The position numbers were made by a program, and so were the translations under genes. A DNA stretch of 32,000 bases, taken from assembly GCF_000014265.1 (NCBI RefSeq), contig NC_008312.1:30001-62000 (forward strand). Reading direction: 5' to 3'. The notes below the pieces were generated by a model. That model ran no database searches, had not been told where the DNA came from, and saw only the letters and a list, made by a program, of their open reading frames with translations. Below, piece after piece: positions 1 to 9,632 of the stretch. The DNA is from Trichodesmium erythraeum IMS101 (GTDB taxonomy: Bacteria; Cyanobacteriota; Cyanobacteriia; Cyanobacteriales; Microcoleaceae). How positions within the stretch are numbered: position 1 is the first letter of the stretch; every line of letters starts with the position of its first letter.

Positions 1-639
1 GGAGAGCAATTAACAAATATACCTTCTGAACCACCTTCTAATCAAGACGTGATTCGCCCTTGGAATAATCCTATGTATGCTCAAGGACACTTGGCTATTT
101 TAAAAGGAAATTTGGCGACAGAGGGAGCAGTTGCTAAAATTACAGGAGTGAAGAACCCAGAAATAACAGGACTAGCAAGAGTATTTGATTCGGAAGAAGC
201 TTGTTTAGAAGCAATATTAGCAGGGAAAATTCAAGCAGGGAATATTATTGTAGTTCGCTATGAAGGTCCAAAAGGTGGACCAGGTATGCGAGAAATGTTA
301 GCACCAACTTCGGCTATTATTGGTGCTGGTTTGGGGGATAAAGTGGGATTAATTACTGATGGTAGGTTTTCTGGTGGTACTTATGGTATGGTGGTTGGTC
401 ATGTAGCTCCAGAAGCTGCAGTAGGTGGCACGATCGCTCTAGTTAAGGAAGGAGATATGATTACTATTGATGCTCATAAGCGTTTACTACAGTTAAATAT
501 TTCTGATGAGGAATTAGAAAAGCGTCGTCAAGTATGGAAACCACGAAAACCCCAATATACTAGAGGTGTATTAGCTAAATATGCTAAGTTAGTTTCTTCT
601 AGCAGTGTTGGAGCAGTAACTGACGCTGGATTAGGTTGA
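1..639 (+). CDS. ilvD: Dihydroxy-acid dehydratase, C-terminal part (5' end lies outside the window)
   Basis: Frame 1 is open from base 1. The translation contains IlvD/Edd-family C-terminal motifs ([33 protein letters not shown]). Stop TGA at 637-639. Confidence 0.95.
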   Translation, partial: GEQLTNIPSEPPSNQDVIRPWNNPMYAQGHLAILKGNLATEGAVAKITGVKNPEITGLARVFDSEEACLEAILAGKIQAGNIIVVRYEGPKGGPGMREMLAPTSAIIGAGLGDKVGLITDGRFSGGTYGMVVGHVAPEAAVGGTIALVKEGDMITIDAHKRLLQLNISDEELEKRRQVWKPRKPQYTRGVLAKYAKLVSSSSVGAVTDAGLG

Positions 640-644
640 AATTT

Positions 645-665
645 AGTTAATAATTATTAACTTTT
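645..665 (+). terminator. Possible intrinsic terminator after ilvD
   Basis: Perfect 18-nt palindrome AGTTAATAATTATTAACT (645-662) six nt after the ilvD stop, running into TTTT. The stem is all A/T, so it is weak. Confidence 0.3.
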
Positions 666-1423
666 GGTTTGATCGTAATACCATATAGTTAAATACCATA
701 GAATCCATTTTGTATCTTTATTTAAGCGAAAATTAGCTTTTGAAGTGGCTAGTATATTTAATAATTTTGGATGCTTATAATATCCAATTTTGAACTATTA
801 ATGTCAAAAATAACTAAACTAAAAAACTTGAAAAGCTTATAACTAGACAAGGAGATATCAAATGGATTCTATACAGTTGAGATAGTTAGATAATGAGATA
901 ATTAACTAAAAAAAAAAGGAAAAACTATGGTTACTTAATTAATTTTCTTCTTAAGAAACCGTATATAATCAGTGAATCTAGGCAACCCTTCTATAATCAG
1001 GTTCTAATTTTAGGGTTGGTTACCTCTAAACAATATAAATACCATTTTTACTAGTCAATGTTTAGAGTATTACTGAAAATGCAAATGTGGAACTTAATAG
1101 TACAAAATTTATAAGTTAACCCCGAAAATTAATTTTGCAATTAACAATACACTAATTATTTTATCTATATAATTTTAAGTAGGAAATAGAGTTCTTACAA
1201 ATCATATTTTTATTGCACAATTTTTGATTGATATAGATTGAAAAAAGATACTAACAAAATACGACTTTCAGTGGAAATTTTGTCTCAGCTTAAGAAGTTC
1301 CTGTACTAAAAAATTGCTTTGTTGTAAAGTTTAATAGCGAGAATAATAAGACTTGGGAAAATAACAAATTTGATAATTAATCAACCAGCACTAAGTAAAT
1401 CGGGTAAAATATATAATTGGATA

Positions 1424-2540
1424 TATAGCAATCCTAAGTAGGTTGCGGCAAAATTTCATACTGAAAAAGTTTTGGGAAATTGAATATTTGACCATCCGCA
1501 AAAAACTTAAATAGCCACTTAACTACTTTAAAAGAACTGCAAAGATGATAAAAAGTAATACTGAAATTTTTGGTTTGTAACCAAATATCTTCAACAGGAT
1601 TTTGCTCCGGAGCATTGGGAGCAAATCTTGTACAATTTATCAACAATTCTTCTTCTGATAAGTATTGATTAATTGTCATTAAATATTCTCGAAATTCTTG
1701 AGAGTTATGGTAAGTTGCCCCATCCCAAAATATTGCCAATTTGTTGCCCGGTCTTTGCTTCTGCAAATATTTAATAAATTCAATAGTATTTTTAGTATTT
1801 CCACTCTCATATTCTTGCACAAGAAATTCCTTGGTTTTATAGTCTAAAGCTCCATAATAAGTCTGTCTTTCTTTTTCATTTTTAATTGCAATTTCTATTC
1901 TTTCATCTGTTTTTCCCCAAGCATAACCTAATATGTCTCCCCATAGAAGATGACATTCATCAATCATAAACACTGTAAGCTTTCCAGTTTCTATTTCTGG
2001 TTGCCATTTAGCTAAAAATTCCTCTATTTCTTTTCTTTTAACTTCTACTAATTCATCATTTTTAGCAGGATTCTTTTTTTGAGTTTTTTTCCAACTTATG
2101 CCCGCTTCTTTAAACAAGTTATAGTAACTTTGATTAGACTCAAAAACCACATCATATTGCTCCTGTAAGTAGTTTTTTAAATCTGATAACCTAAGATAAT
2201 CTTGTGCTCTCAACCACTCAATTGTTTTCTCTTTTTCGACCGTTTTTAAGTAACCTTGTCTCCCTTGATACTGAAGCCTTAAACTTTCTACACCATGAAA
2301 TAATGCTTGGTTTTTCCATTCACTAATAAAACTGTGAGAAACATTTAATAATTCTTTGACTTCATGGTAGGATTTTCCTGACAAGGTCATTTTTACGGCC
2401 AAGGCCCTTTTAATTTCTTTAGACTCTTTTGTTTGATTAATAAAATTATTTAGTTTATCTATAATATTCATTTTTTGTCTTTTTCTTAGATCTGTTATTC
2501 TTACTATTATATCTGTTGCGACCAATATGGGATTGCTATA
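1424..2540 (-). mobile_element. IS630-family insertion sequence, intact copy (element A)
   Basis: Terminal inverted repeats TATAGCAATCC (1424-1434) and GGATTGCTATA (2530-2540) bracket a single 363-aa transposase ORF. The outer TA matches IS630/Tc1 TA targeting. Confidence 0.9.
1434..2525 (-). CDS. IS630-family DDE transposase (N-terminal HTH plus DDE_3-type catalytic domain)
   Basis: 363-aa uninterrupted ORF. Candidate DDE triad motifs: FMIDECHLLWGD, AIFWDGATYHNS, APEQNPVEDIWLQ. Confidence 0.9.
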   Translation of the reverse strand: MVATDIIVRITDLRKRQKMNIIDKLNNFINQTKESKEIKRALAVKMTLSGKSYHEVKELLNVSHSFISEWKNQALFHGVESLRLQYQGRQGYLKTVEKEKTIEWLRAQDYLRLSDLKNYLQEQYDVVFESNQSYYNLFKEAGISWKKTQKKNPAKNDELVEVKRKEIEEFLAKWQPEIETGKLTVFMIDECHLLWGDILGYAWGKTDERIEIAIKNEKERQTYYGALDYKTKEFLVQEYESGNTKNTIEFIKYLQKQRPGNKLAIFWDGATYHNSQEFREYLMTINQYLSEEELLINCTRFAPNAPEQNPVEDIWLQTKNFSITFYHLCSSFKVVKWLFKFFADGQIFNFPKLFQYEILPQPT

Positions 2541-2844
2541 ACATAATTTCGGCGAGTGTCTGAGGAAATATATTGGTAAAAACGGTTATCGAAGAAACTA
2601 AACAAAACTAGATTTGTGTCCAATCTATTTGTCAGTTTGTTAAAGTATATGATAAGCTGGACATACTTAAATTTATGAAATCTCTGTGACTTAAATATGT
2701 AGCTTAATAGCTAGAATATAGATATTTTAAGAAAACATTAATTTTAGATAAAAAAAATCCTGTATAAGATTTTAACCTTATTTTTAGCCTATTTTTTCTT
2801 CAATTCCTGCTAGTAGGTAAGATTGACATCAAGAAATGGAGTAT

Positions 2845-2952
2845 GGAGAGTTATAAGACAATAAGGTTTATATAAGACCAAAACTCATAAAGAATGAAGG
2901 AGAGTTATAAGACAATAAGGTTTATATAAGACCAAAACTCATAAAGAATGAA
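2845..2952. repeat. Perfect 2 x 54 bp tandem duplication upstream of the PBP gene
   Basis: GGAGAGTTATAAGACAATAAGGTTTATATAAGACCAAAACTCATAAAGAATGAA occurs at 2845-2898 and again at 2899-2952 with no mismatch seen. Confidence 0.9.
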
Positions 2953-3064
2953 ATTTTAAGATGAGTTTTTTAGATTACAGAACTGTCGAAAAAAATCCTT
3001 AACTGAAATGTATTTAGTTATGGAACGAAGGTAGATTTTTCTCTATTATCTATTGCTTATAGTT

Positions 3065-5353
3065 ATGAATTATTCTCAGCCTCTTCGTAATTCTCAAACT
3101 ATTTTGGGTAATATTACCCAGATGATAAAAACTATTCATGCTAGTGTCAACTTTTCTAGACTAGCAATTAGACCTAATGCTAGAGTACCTGAACTATGGA
3201 TAGAGGAAGGAAAAGCTACTCCAACTAAAAAATATCCTCTTTTGGGTGATCGTTATTTGCTCGGACGCTCCTCCCAAGCTTGTGACATTGTTATTCGTAA
3301 TCACCTAATTAGTAAGATTCATTTATCTATCTCACGAAACTCAAATAAGGCTGACGCCCCTTATATAATAAAAGATGAAAACTCTCGTAATGGTCTCTAC
3401 AATGGCAAAAAAAAGATTTATAGTCTGATTTTACGTCATGGTGATATATTAACTCTAGGACCACCTGCATTAGCTGATACTGTTAAAGTTCGGTATATTT
3501 ATCCTCCTGCGTGGTATACTCAAGCCTTTCGTTATAGTTTACTTGGTATTTCTGGATTCACTGCTTTAGTGAGTTTAATTATTCTACTTGAATGGACAAA
3601 ATTTCAGGTATACCCTCTACCTAATCCAATTACAGGCCCAGTAGTTATCTATGCTCGTGATGGACAAACACCTCTACGTCCAGTTTATACAAACTCCCAT
3701 TATGAATTGGGGCGGATATCTAAATTTTCTAAATATTTACCAGACGCAGTCATTGCTTCTGAGGATAGTCGCTTTTATTGGCATATCGGTATAGACCCTA
3801 TTGGAGTTGTCAGGGCAATATTGACAAATTTACGTTCAGATGGTAGACGCGAAGGAGGTAGTACAGTTACTCAGCAGCTAGCAAGAAGTATATTTCGAGA
3901 TTATGTAGGCACCGAAGACTCTGCCAGCAGGAAAATACGAGAAGCGATAGCGGCATTAAAATTAGAAACTTTTTATAGTAAAGATGATTTATTATTAGCT
4001 TATCTAAATAAAGTCTATTTAGGATTAGATTTATACGGATTTGAAGATGCTGCAAGATTTTATTTTGGTAAAAGCGCTCAAAACCTAACTTTATCAGAAG
4101 CAGCAACATTAGTAGGAATATTACCAGCACCTAATATTTTTAATCCAGTACAAAATTATCAAATAGCTATAGAAAAAAGAGATGGGGTTCTTTATCGAAT
4201 GCTTAGTTTAGGTATGATAGACCAACAGGAAGCAGATAGAGCTAGGCGATCACTCATAGAAATTAATCCGAAAGCTATAGAAATTATCCAAAGTACAATA
4301 GCACCTTATTATTATAGTCATGTCTTTAGTGAACTAGAAAATTTACTAGGAGAAGACCTAGCTAAAGAAGGAAATTTTATTGTTCAAACGGCTTTAAACC
4401 CTGAAATTCAAAGCTATGCAGAAAGAACTTTGCAAGATACAATTAATCAAGTTGGTTCTTATGCTAGCTTTTCTCAAGGAGCTATAGTTACAATAGATTC
4501 AAGAAATGGAGAAGTCATAACTCTGATTGGAGGTGTAGACTACAAAAAAAGTCAGTTTAATCGAGCTACTCAAGCACAACGTCAACCAGGTTCTACTTTT
4601 AAAGTCTTTGCTTATGCCGCTGCTATAGAAAAGGGTATACCACCAAAAAAATTATATTCTTGTAGTTCCTTTGGGTGGATGGGTCAAACTTATGAAGGTT
4701 GTCAACGGAGTAGTGGTAATAGAAATATGTATGATGGCTTGGCACTTTCTGAGAATGTGGTAGCTTTGCGGGTCGCTCAACAGGTAGGTTTGGATAGAGT
4801 GGTAAAAATGGCAAAGGGTTTAGGAATTAAGTCTCAGTTAAGTGCTGTACCTGGATTGATTTTGGGTCAAAGTGAAGTTAATGTTTTGGAAATGACTGGT
4901 GCTTATGGGGTATTTGCTAATGGTGGAGTGGCCAATAAACCCCATACTATTAGAAAGATTATAGATAGTAGTGATTGTCGCGATCGCAATAATATTTACA
5001 CTTGTCGCTGTATTTATTCATACATACCAGACACAAATTGTGAAAACCCCAAAGGAGATATTCAAGCAAACCAATCTATTATACAACCATATATAGCAAG
5101 TATTATGACTCAAATGCTCCAAGATGTTATAAGGCATGGTACAGGTCGTAGTGCTAATTTGGGATGGGGAGAAGCAGGTAAAACTGGTACAACTAACCAA
5201 GGAATAGATATATGGTTTATTGGATATATTCCTAACGAAAGTATGGTTACAGGGATTTGGCTAGGAAATGATGATAACTCTCCTACTTATGGTAGTAGTG
5301 AACAAGCCGCACAGTTATGGGGAAATTATATGAAAAAGGTTGTGAATAAGTAA
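3065..5353 (+). CDS. Class A (bifunctional transglycosylase/transpeptidase) penicillin-binding protein with an N-terminal FHA domain
   Basis: FHA-like segment (YLLGRSSQACDIVIRNHLISKIHLSI...DENSRNGLY...GDILTLG), then a TM helix. GT51 motifs follow (ASEDSRFYWHIGID, GGSTVTQQLAR), then transpeptidase motifs STFK, SEN and KTGT. The ATG at 3065 is preferred over the TTG at 3053 used by the ORF track. Confidence 0.9.
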   Translation: MNYSQPLRNSQTILGNITQMIKTIHASVNFSRLAIRPNARVPELWIEEGKATPTKKYPLLGDRYLLGRSSQACDIVIRNHLISKIHLSISRNSNKADAPYIIKDENSRNGLYNGKKKIYSLILRHGDILTLGPPALADTVKVRYIYPPAWYTQAFRYSLLGISGFTALVSLIILLEWTKFQVYPLPNPITGPVVIYARDGQTPLRPVYTNSHYELGRISKFSKYLPDAVIASEDSRFYWHIGIDPIGVVRAILTNLRSDGRREGGSTVTQQLARSIFRDYVGTEDSASRKIREAIAALKLETFYSKDDLLLAYLNKVYLGLDLYGFEDAARFYFGKSAQNLTLSEAATLVGILPAPNIFNPVQNYQIAIEKRDGVLYRMLSLGMIDQQEADRARRSLIEINPKAIEIIQSTIAPYYYSHVFSELENLLGEDLAKEGNFIVQTALNPEIQSYAERTLQDTINQVGSYASFSQGAIVTIDSRNGEVITLIGGVDYKKSQFNRATQAQRQPGSTFKVFAYAAAIEKGIPPKKLYSCSSFGWMGQTYEGCQRSSGNRNMYDGLALSENVVALRVAQQVGLDRVVKMAKGLGIKSQLSAVPGLILGQSEVNVLEMTGAYGVFANGGVANKPHTIRKIIDSSDCRDRNNIYTCRCIYSYIPDTNCENPKGDIQANQSIIQPYIASIMTQMLQDVIRHGTGRSANLGWGEAGKTGTTNQGIDIWFIGYIPNESMVTGIWLGNDDNSPTYGSSEQAAQLWGNYMKKVVNK

Positions 5354-6399
5354 GTAGATAGGCGTAAAAAAAATTTGGCTATATTAAGATTTGTATACTG
5401 ACTTCAAGCTCCTCTACATAGTTGATTTGAGTTAAATTTTAATTGTTTTATATAGGGACAAATTTCAACACAGACATACTTTATGAAAAATCATATATTC
5501 AATATTTACTTGAGTACTTATCTACAGACAGTTATAAACCGTATCTGCCATTTTAAACTATTAAGACTTTACCATCCATCAATGGGTTAATTGTCATTAA
5601 TACTATGACTTTTGTGAAGCTAGTTGCTGTAATAATTGTAATTTTTAGGCCACGATAAAATTGTGAATAATTTAATACTCTAGTACCAGAGCCTATTGGT
5701 GTAGAATTCTGTCGCCTTATTTACTTCTAATAAAATACTAATTTAATGTACTGTTAATACTAAGTTTTTAGGCTCTATCTTTTTCATTTTTTCCCAATAT
5801 TCAAACCTCAAAATTTATACTTTTTCATTAGCTGACGAGGTTCTATATATAGTTTTTTCTGGTAAGATTGTATTTTTTTTAGGAGTTCCCGAAAAATCTC
5901 ATACTGTTTCTAAAAAAAATTCTACATTTTATTTATTAGGAAAGCAGGGAATTAGGGTAGTAGAGAAGAAGTAAACATAATAATAATTTACATGAATTTA
6001 GGGAAAGATAAGTAAGTTAGTGTTGAAATTAGTACTATATAAAAAATGCAAATTTACCTCAAATTAACTCTATAGAGCAGGGTAAGCTCATCTTAATTTA
6101 TATAAAATGTACTTGACAAAAAAGTAAAATATACAGGTGAGGAATAAAGAGACTAAGAATGAAAAAAACCAAGTAGAATGAAGGTTCTCACACATTAAAT
6201 AATTAGCTCATGCCCCAGAGCTTTGCCTCTCTTTGACCTGCTGAAAAAAAAATATAGGTTCCAACAAAAAACAAAAGGAAAATTTACCATATCTTGATAA
6301 AATTCAAAACAATTTATTAGGCTATATTCTTGAAATTGAATATTCTAGAGTACAAACAACTCAAAAACACATATTCTAAGATATATTGTAGTTTTATTG

Positions 6400-6960
6400 A
6401 AGATATTCTTTTTCTTCATCCTAGAACTAAAAAGTAATTTTTGGGATTACCAAATAAATATTAAACAGGTGGTCTTCAACATTTGATGGCTAAACATATT
6501 AAATTAGAAGTACCCTCAGATACATTCAATAATTATTTTAAATTTACTGTTATTAGAAACCCTTGGGATAAAGTAGCCTCACAGTTTTGTTACACTCAAA
6601 AAACAAGACCTGATTTACTCAAATTACTTAATCTATCTAAAAATTATTTTGTTCAGGAATATCTCCACAAAATTTCAAAAAAAACCATGCTCAGTGGGAG
6701 GAAAAATATAAATTTATAGAGGATAATTTTGGGTAAATATTAGTAGATTATACCTATATATTTGATAAATTAAAGTTAGATTTTTAGAAAGTTATATGAA
6801 ATCTTGATCTAAATCCTTGGCTATTTGAATTGCCTCATACTAATCAAACTGAAAGAAAGTACTATTCCCATTATTCTGATGATCAAATTAGGCAAATAGT
6901 GGTAGAAAAATATAAAACTTGTCTAGAAAAGTTTGGGTATTTATTTGAATTAGAAATTAA
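6400..6960 (+). pseudogene. Decayed sulfotransferase gene (Sulfotransfer_2/3-like), several stops and frame changes
   Basis: Fragments in order: ILFLHPRTKK* (compare hIPKTGGTS), FKFTVIRNPWDKVASQF (ORF 6483-6719), VDYTYIFDKLKLDF*, and LPHTNQTERKYYSHYSDDQIRQIVVEKYKTCLEKFGY (typical C-terminus). The last piece reads in frame into the next gene. Confidence 0.5.
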
Positions 6961-7018
6961 ATATAAATTTGATAAAAATTATCAGATAAAAATATCTATT
7001 CCCATTTATAAAAAGTTT

Positions 7019-8158
7019 ATGGTTCCAGTGATTAATAATTTCATTTCAAAAGCTAATAAATTAAAAAAAGAGGAGAAGCTAGATGAAGCGATCGCTCTTT
7101 ACAAACAAGCTATAGAATTAAATCCCGGTTTTCCTTGGTATTACTATGAACTAGGAGAAACTTTAACAGAAAAAGGAGATTTAGATGAAGCAATAGCTCA
7201 GTTTTTTCAAGCTACTAAAATTAATCCTAACTCTGCCTGGTTTTGTTATGAACTGGCAAAAGCTTTACAAAAAAAAGGTGAGTTAAATCAGGCAATTAAT
7301 TATTATAGACAAGCTATTGAAAGTAACCCAGACTTTTATGGATTTTACAATAGTCTAGGTTGTTGCTTTTTCCAGAATAAAAATTATCATCAAGCTATAA
7401 TTAATTTTTTAATCGCACTGGAATTAAACTCCAGTTCAGTAATTAGCTACGAATATTTATATCAAGTATACTTACAACTTGGTTTGACTAAAAAATGTAT
7501 TGATAATTTGTTTGGTAGATTTAAACAACCTAGTCAAAAACCTACTTTAACTATTCGCATAAAAGAAAAATCTGTCAATTCAAAACAGGAATTATCGAAA
7601 ACAAAAATATTTGGAATTGGTTTAGGAAAAACAGGTACCACAACTTTGGGAGCTTGCTTAAATAATCTTGGATATAAACACTATGGTTGGTATACTTTGA
7701 CTAATCACAAACTGCTTTACCAAATTAAATTAGATAATTTTGATGATGTTCATAGAGTAGTCAATCAATATGATTGTTTTGAAGATTATCCGTGGCCTTT
7801 GATTTACAAATGGCTCGATCAAAAATACCCTAATAGTAAATTTATATTAACCATAAGGAAATGTTCTCAAACTTGGTTTAAAAGTTGTTTAAATCATTAT
7901 TTTCGACTACAAGATAGAGCAGCTTATCTCTATGATTTAATCTATGGTTTAGGTCATCCACAGAATTGTTCAGATGAGTATATAAATTTTTACGAAAGTC
8001 ATAATCAACAAGTTATTGATTACTTTCAAAGTAAACCGGATAAATTACTGATAATTTGTTGGGAAAAAGGAGATAGTTGGGATAAATTATGTGGTTTTCT
8101 CGGAAAAACAGTTCCTGAAATTCTTTTGCCTCATTTGATGAAAAGTCAAACTAATTAA
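7019..8158 (+). CDS. TPR-repeat protein with C-terminal P-loop-type sulfotransferase domain
   Basis: Four to five TPR units (KLDEAIALYKQAIELNP..., DLDEAIAQFFQATKINP..., ELNQAINYYRQAIESNP...) are followed by GIGLGKTGTTTLGACLNNLGY and DYPWP motifs of the Sulfotransfer_4-like family. The ORF is open from 6830 (TTG), but that N-terminus belongs to the upstream pseudogene, so the start is placed at ATG 7019. Confidence 0.7.
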   Translation: MVPVINNFISKANKLKKEEKLDEAIALYKQAIELNPGFPWYYYELGETLTEKGDLDEAIAQFFQATKINPNSAWFCYELAKALQKKGELNQAINYYRQAIESNPDFYGFYNSLGCCFFQNKNYHQAIINFLIALELNSSSVISYEYLYQVYLQLGLTKKCIDNLFGRFKQPSQKPTLTIRIKEKSVNSKQELSKTKIFGIGLGKTGTTTLGACLNNLGYKHYGWYTLTNHKLLYQIKLDNFDDVHRVVNQYDCFEDYPWPLIYKWLDQKYPNSKFILTIRKCSQTWFKSCLNHYFRLQDRAAYLYDLIYGLGHPQNCSDEYINFYESHNQQVIDYFQSKPDKLLIICWEKGDSWDKLCGFLGKTVPEILLPHLMKSQTN

Positions 8159-8240
8159 TCAAGGATATATTTTTAATAAAATTGCTACAGGAGATTTAAT
8201 GATGCAGGGAGATTAACTCAAATATGAGGGAAAGTTAGAT
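8039..8240. repeat. Left copy of a ~200 bp duplication of the sulfotransferase-3'end / next-gene-5'end junction
   Basis: 8039-8240 aligns base for base (roughly 85-90% by eye) with 9768-9966. The 3' half (8166-8240) is a decayed copy of the start of the 9907 gene. Confidence 0.8.
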
Positions 8241-8393
8241 TCGCGTTTCGCTGCGCGACATGAAATGCGGGGCATGGTATTAGCTATATCCCTCTCTATA
8301 TAGAACCACTAAACTTATTTTTTACATTGATTTTCCTTTCTGCAGCATTCCTAATCCCTGAGAAACTATACTATTTTAGTTGAATAAAAAGTC

Positions 8394-8555
8394 ATGCGTA
8401 TAGGCGAACTTAGCCTTATAGTCTTTATAATATCACAATTTTTGTGGGAATGCAGCGGAAAATCTTTTGGCGCGCGATTTTTTGGAGCTTCAGAGAATGA
8501 ATATATTGATGGCTTTCCACTGAGGAGGGAGGGATGGAAATATTTTAGTGGGTAA
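8394..8555 (+). CDS. Candidate small ORF of repeat unit 1 (53 aa, MRIGELSLIVFIISQFLWECSGKSFGARFF + tail)
   Basis: ATG at unit offset 16. The first 30 codons are conserved in all five units. Too short for the ORF track. No clear SD. Confidence 0.25.
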   Translation: MRIGELSLIVFIISQFLWECSGKSFGARFFGASENEYIDGFPLRREGWKYFSG

Positions 8556-8672
8556 AATCCAGCATATTTATGGGTGCTTCACAACATGAAAATATTTCTG
8601 GTGTTGCTCCTTGAGAAAATTCTTCAATGTTCTGTTATCTCTGAGAGTGAAAATTTAGTTGAATAAAAAGTC

Positions 8673-8804
8673 ATGCGTATAGGCAAACTTACCCTTATAG
8701 TCTTTATAATATCACAATTTTTGTGGGAATGCAGCGGAAAATCCTTCGGCGCGCGATTTTTTTTGGAGCTTCAGAGAATGAAAACGTTGATGACTTTCCA
8801 CTGA
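8673..8804 (+). CDS. Candidate small ORF of repeat unit 2 (43 aa)
   Basis: Same N-terminal 30 codons. The T8 tract shifts the tail to LELQRMKTLMTFH*. Confidence 0.25.
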   Translation: MRIGKLTLIVFIISQFLWECSGKSFGARFFLELQRMKTLMTFH

Positions 8805-8960
8805 GGAGGGATGGAAATATTTTAGTGGGTAAAATCCAGCATATTGGGTGCTTCACAACATGAAAATATTTATGCTGTTGCTCCTTGAGAAAATTCTTCA
8901 ATGTTCTGTTATCTCTGAGTGTGAAAATTTAAGTGTGAAAAGTTAGTTGAATAAAAAGTC

Positions 8961-9068
8961 ATGCGTATAGGCAAACTTACCCTTATAGTCTTTATAATAT
9001 CACAATTTTTGTGGGAATGCAGCGGAAAATCCTTCGGCGCGCGATTTTTTTGGAGCTTCAGAGAATGA
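8961..9068 (+). CDS. Candidate small ORF of repeat unit 3 (35 aa)
   Basis: Same N-terminal 30 codons. The T7 tract gives the tail WSFRE*. Confidence 0.25.
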   Translation: MRIGKLTLIVFIISQFLWECSGKSFGARFFWSFRE

Positions 9069-9233
9069 AAACGTTGATGACTTTCCACTGAGGAGGGATG
9101 GAAATATTTTAGTGGGTAAAATCCAGCATATTGGGTGCTTCACAACATGAAAATATTTATGCTGTTGCTCCTTGAGAAAATTCTTCAATGTTCTGTTATC
9201 TCTGAGAGTGAAAATTTAGTTGAATAAAAAGTC

Positions 9234-9365
9234 ATGCGTATAGGCGAACAACCCCTTATAGTTTTTATAATATCACAATTTTTGTGGGAATGCAGCGGAA
9301 AATCTTTTGGCGCGCGATTTTTTTTGGAGCTTCAGAGAATGAAAATGTTGATGACTTTCCACTGA
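9234..9365 (+). CDS. Candidate small ORF of repeat unit 4 (43 aa)
   Basis: Same N-terminal 30 codons (variant EQPL at codons 5-8). T8 tract, tail LELQRMKMLMTFH*. Confidence 0.25.
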   Translation: MRIGEQPLIVFIISQFLWECSGKSFGARFFLELQRMKMLMTFH

Positions 9366-9524
9366 GGAGGGATGGAAATATTTTAGTGGGTAAAATCCAG
9401 CATATTCATGGGTGCTTCACAACATGAAAATATTTCTGGTGTTGCTCCTTGAGAAAATTCTTCAATGTTCTGTTATCTCTGAGTGTGAAAATTTAAGTGT
9501 GAAAATTTAGTTGAATAAAAAGTC

Positions 9525-9632
9525 ATGCGTATAGGCGAACTTACCATTATAGTCTTTATAATATCACAATTTTTGTGGGAATGCAGCGGAAAATCTTTTG
9601 GGGCGCGATTTTTTTGGAGCTTCAGAGAATGA
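9525..9632 (+). CDS. Candidate small ORF of repeat unit 5 (35 aa)
   Basis: Same N-terminal 30 codons. T7 tract, tail WSFRE*. Confidence 0.25.
   Translation: MRIGELTIIVFIISQFLWECSGKSFGARFFWSFRE

Noticed and set aside
3867-5200. Minus-strand ORFs 3867-4130, 4623-4814 and 5018-5200 inside the PBP gene
   Set aside because: They are antisense shadow ORFs of a well-supported 763-aa gene, with low-complexity Leu/Ile-rich translations.
8704-9188. Minus-strand ORFs 8704-8901 (65 aa) and 9000-9188 (62 aa) inside the tandem array
   Set aside because: They use TTG starts and exist only in units 2 and 3. Their C-termini differ because the poly-T/A tract length shifts the frame, and the frame is broken in units 1, 4 and 5. 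They are not conserved as coding sequence, unlike the plus-strand 30-codon core.
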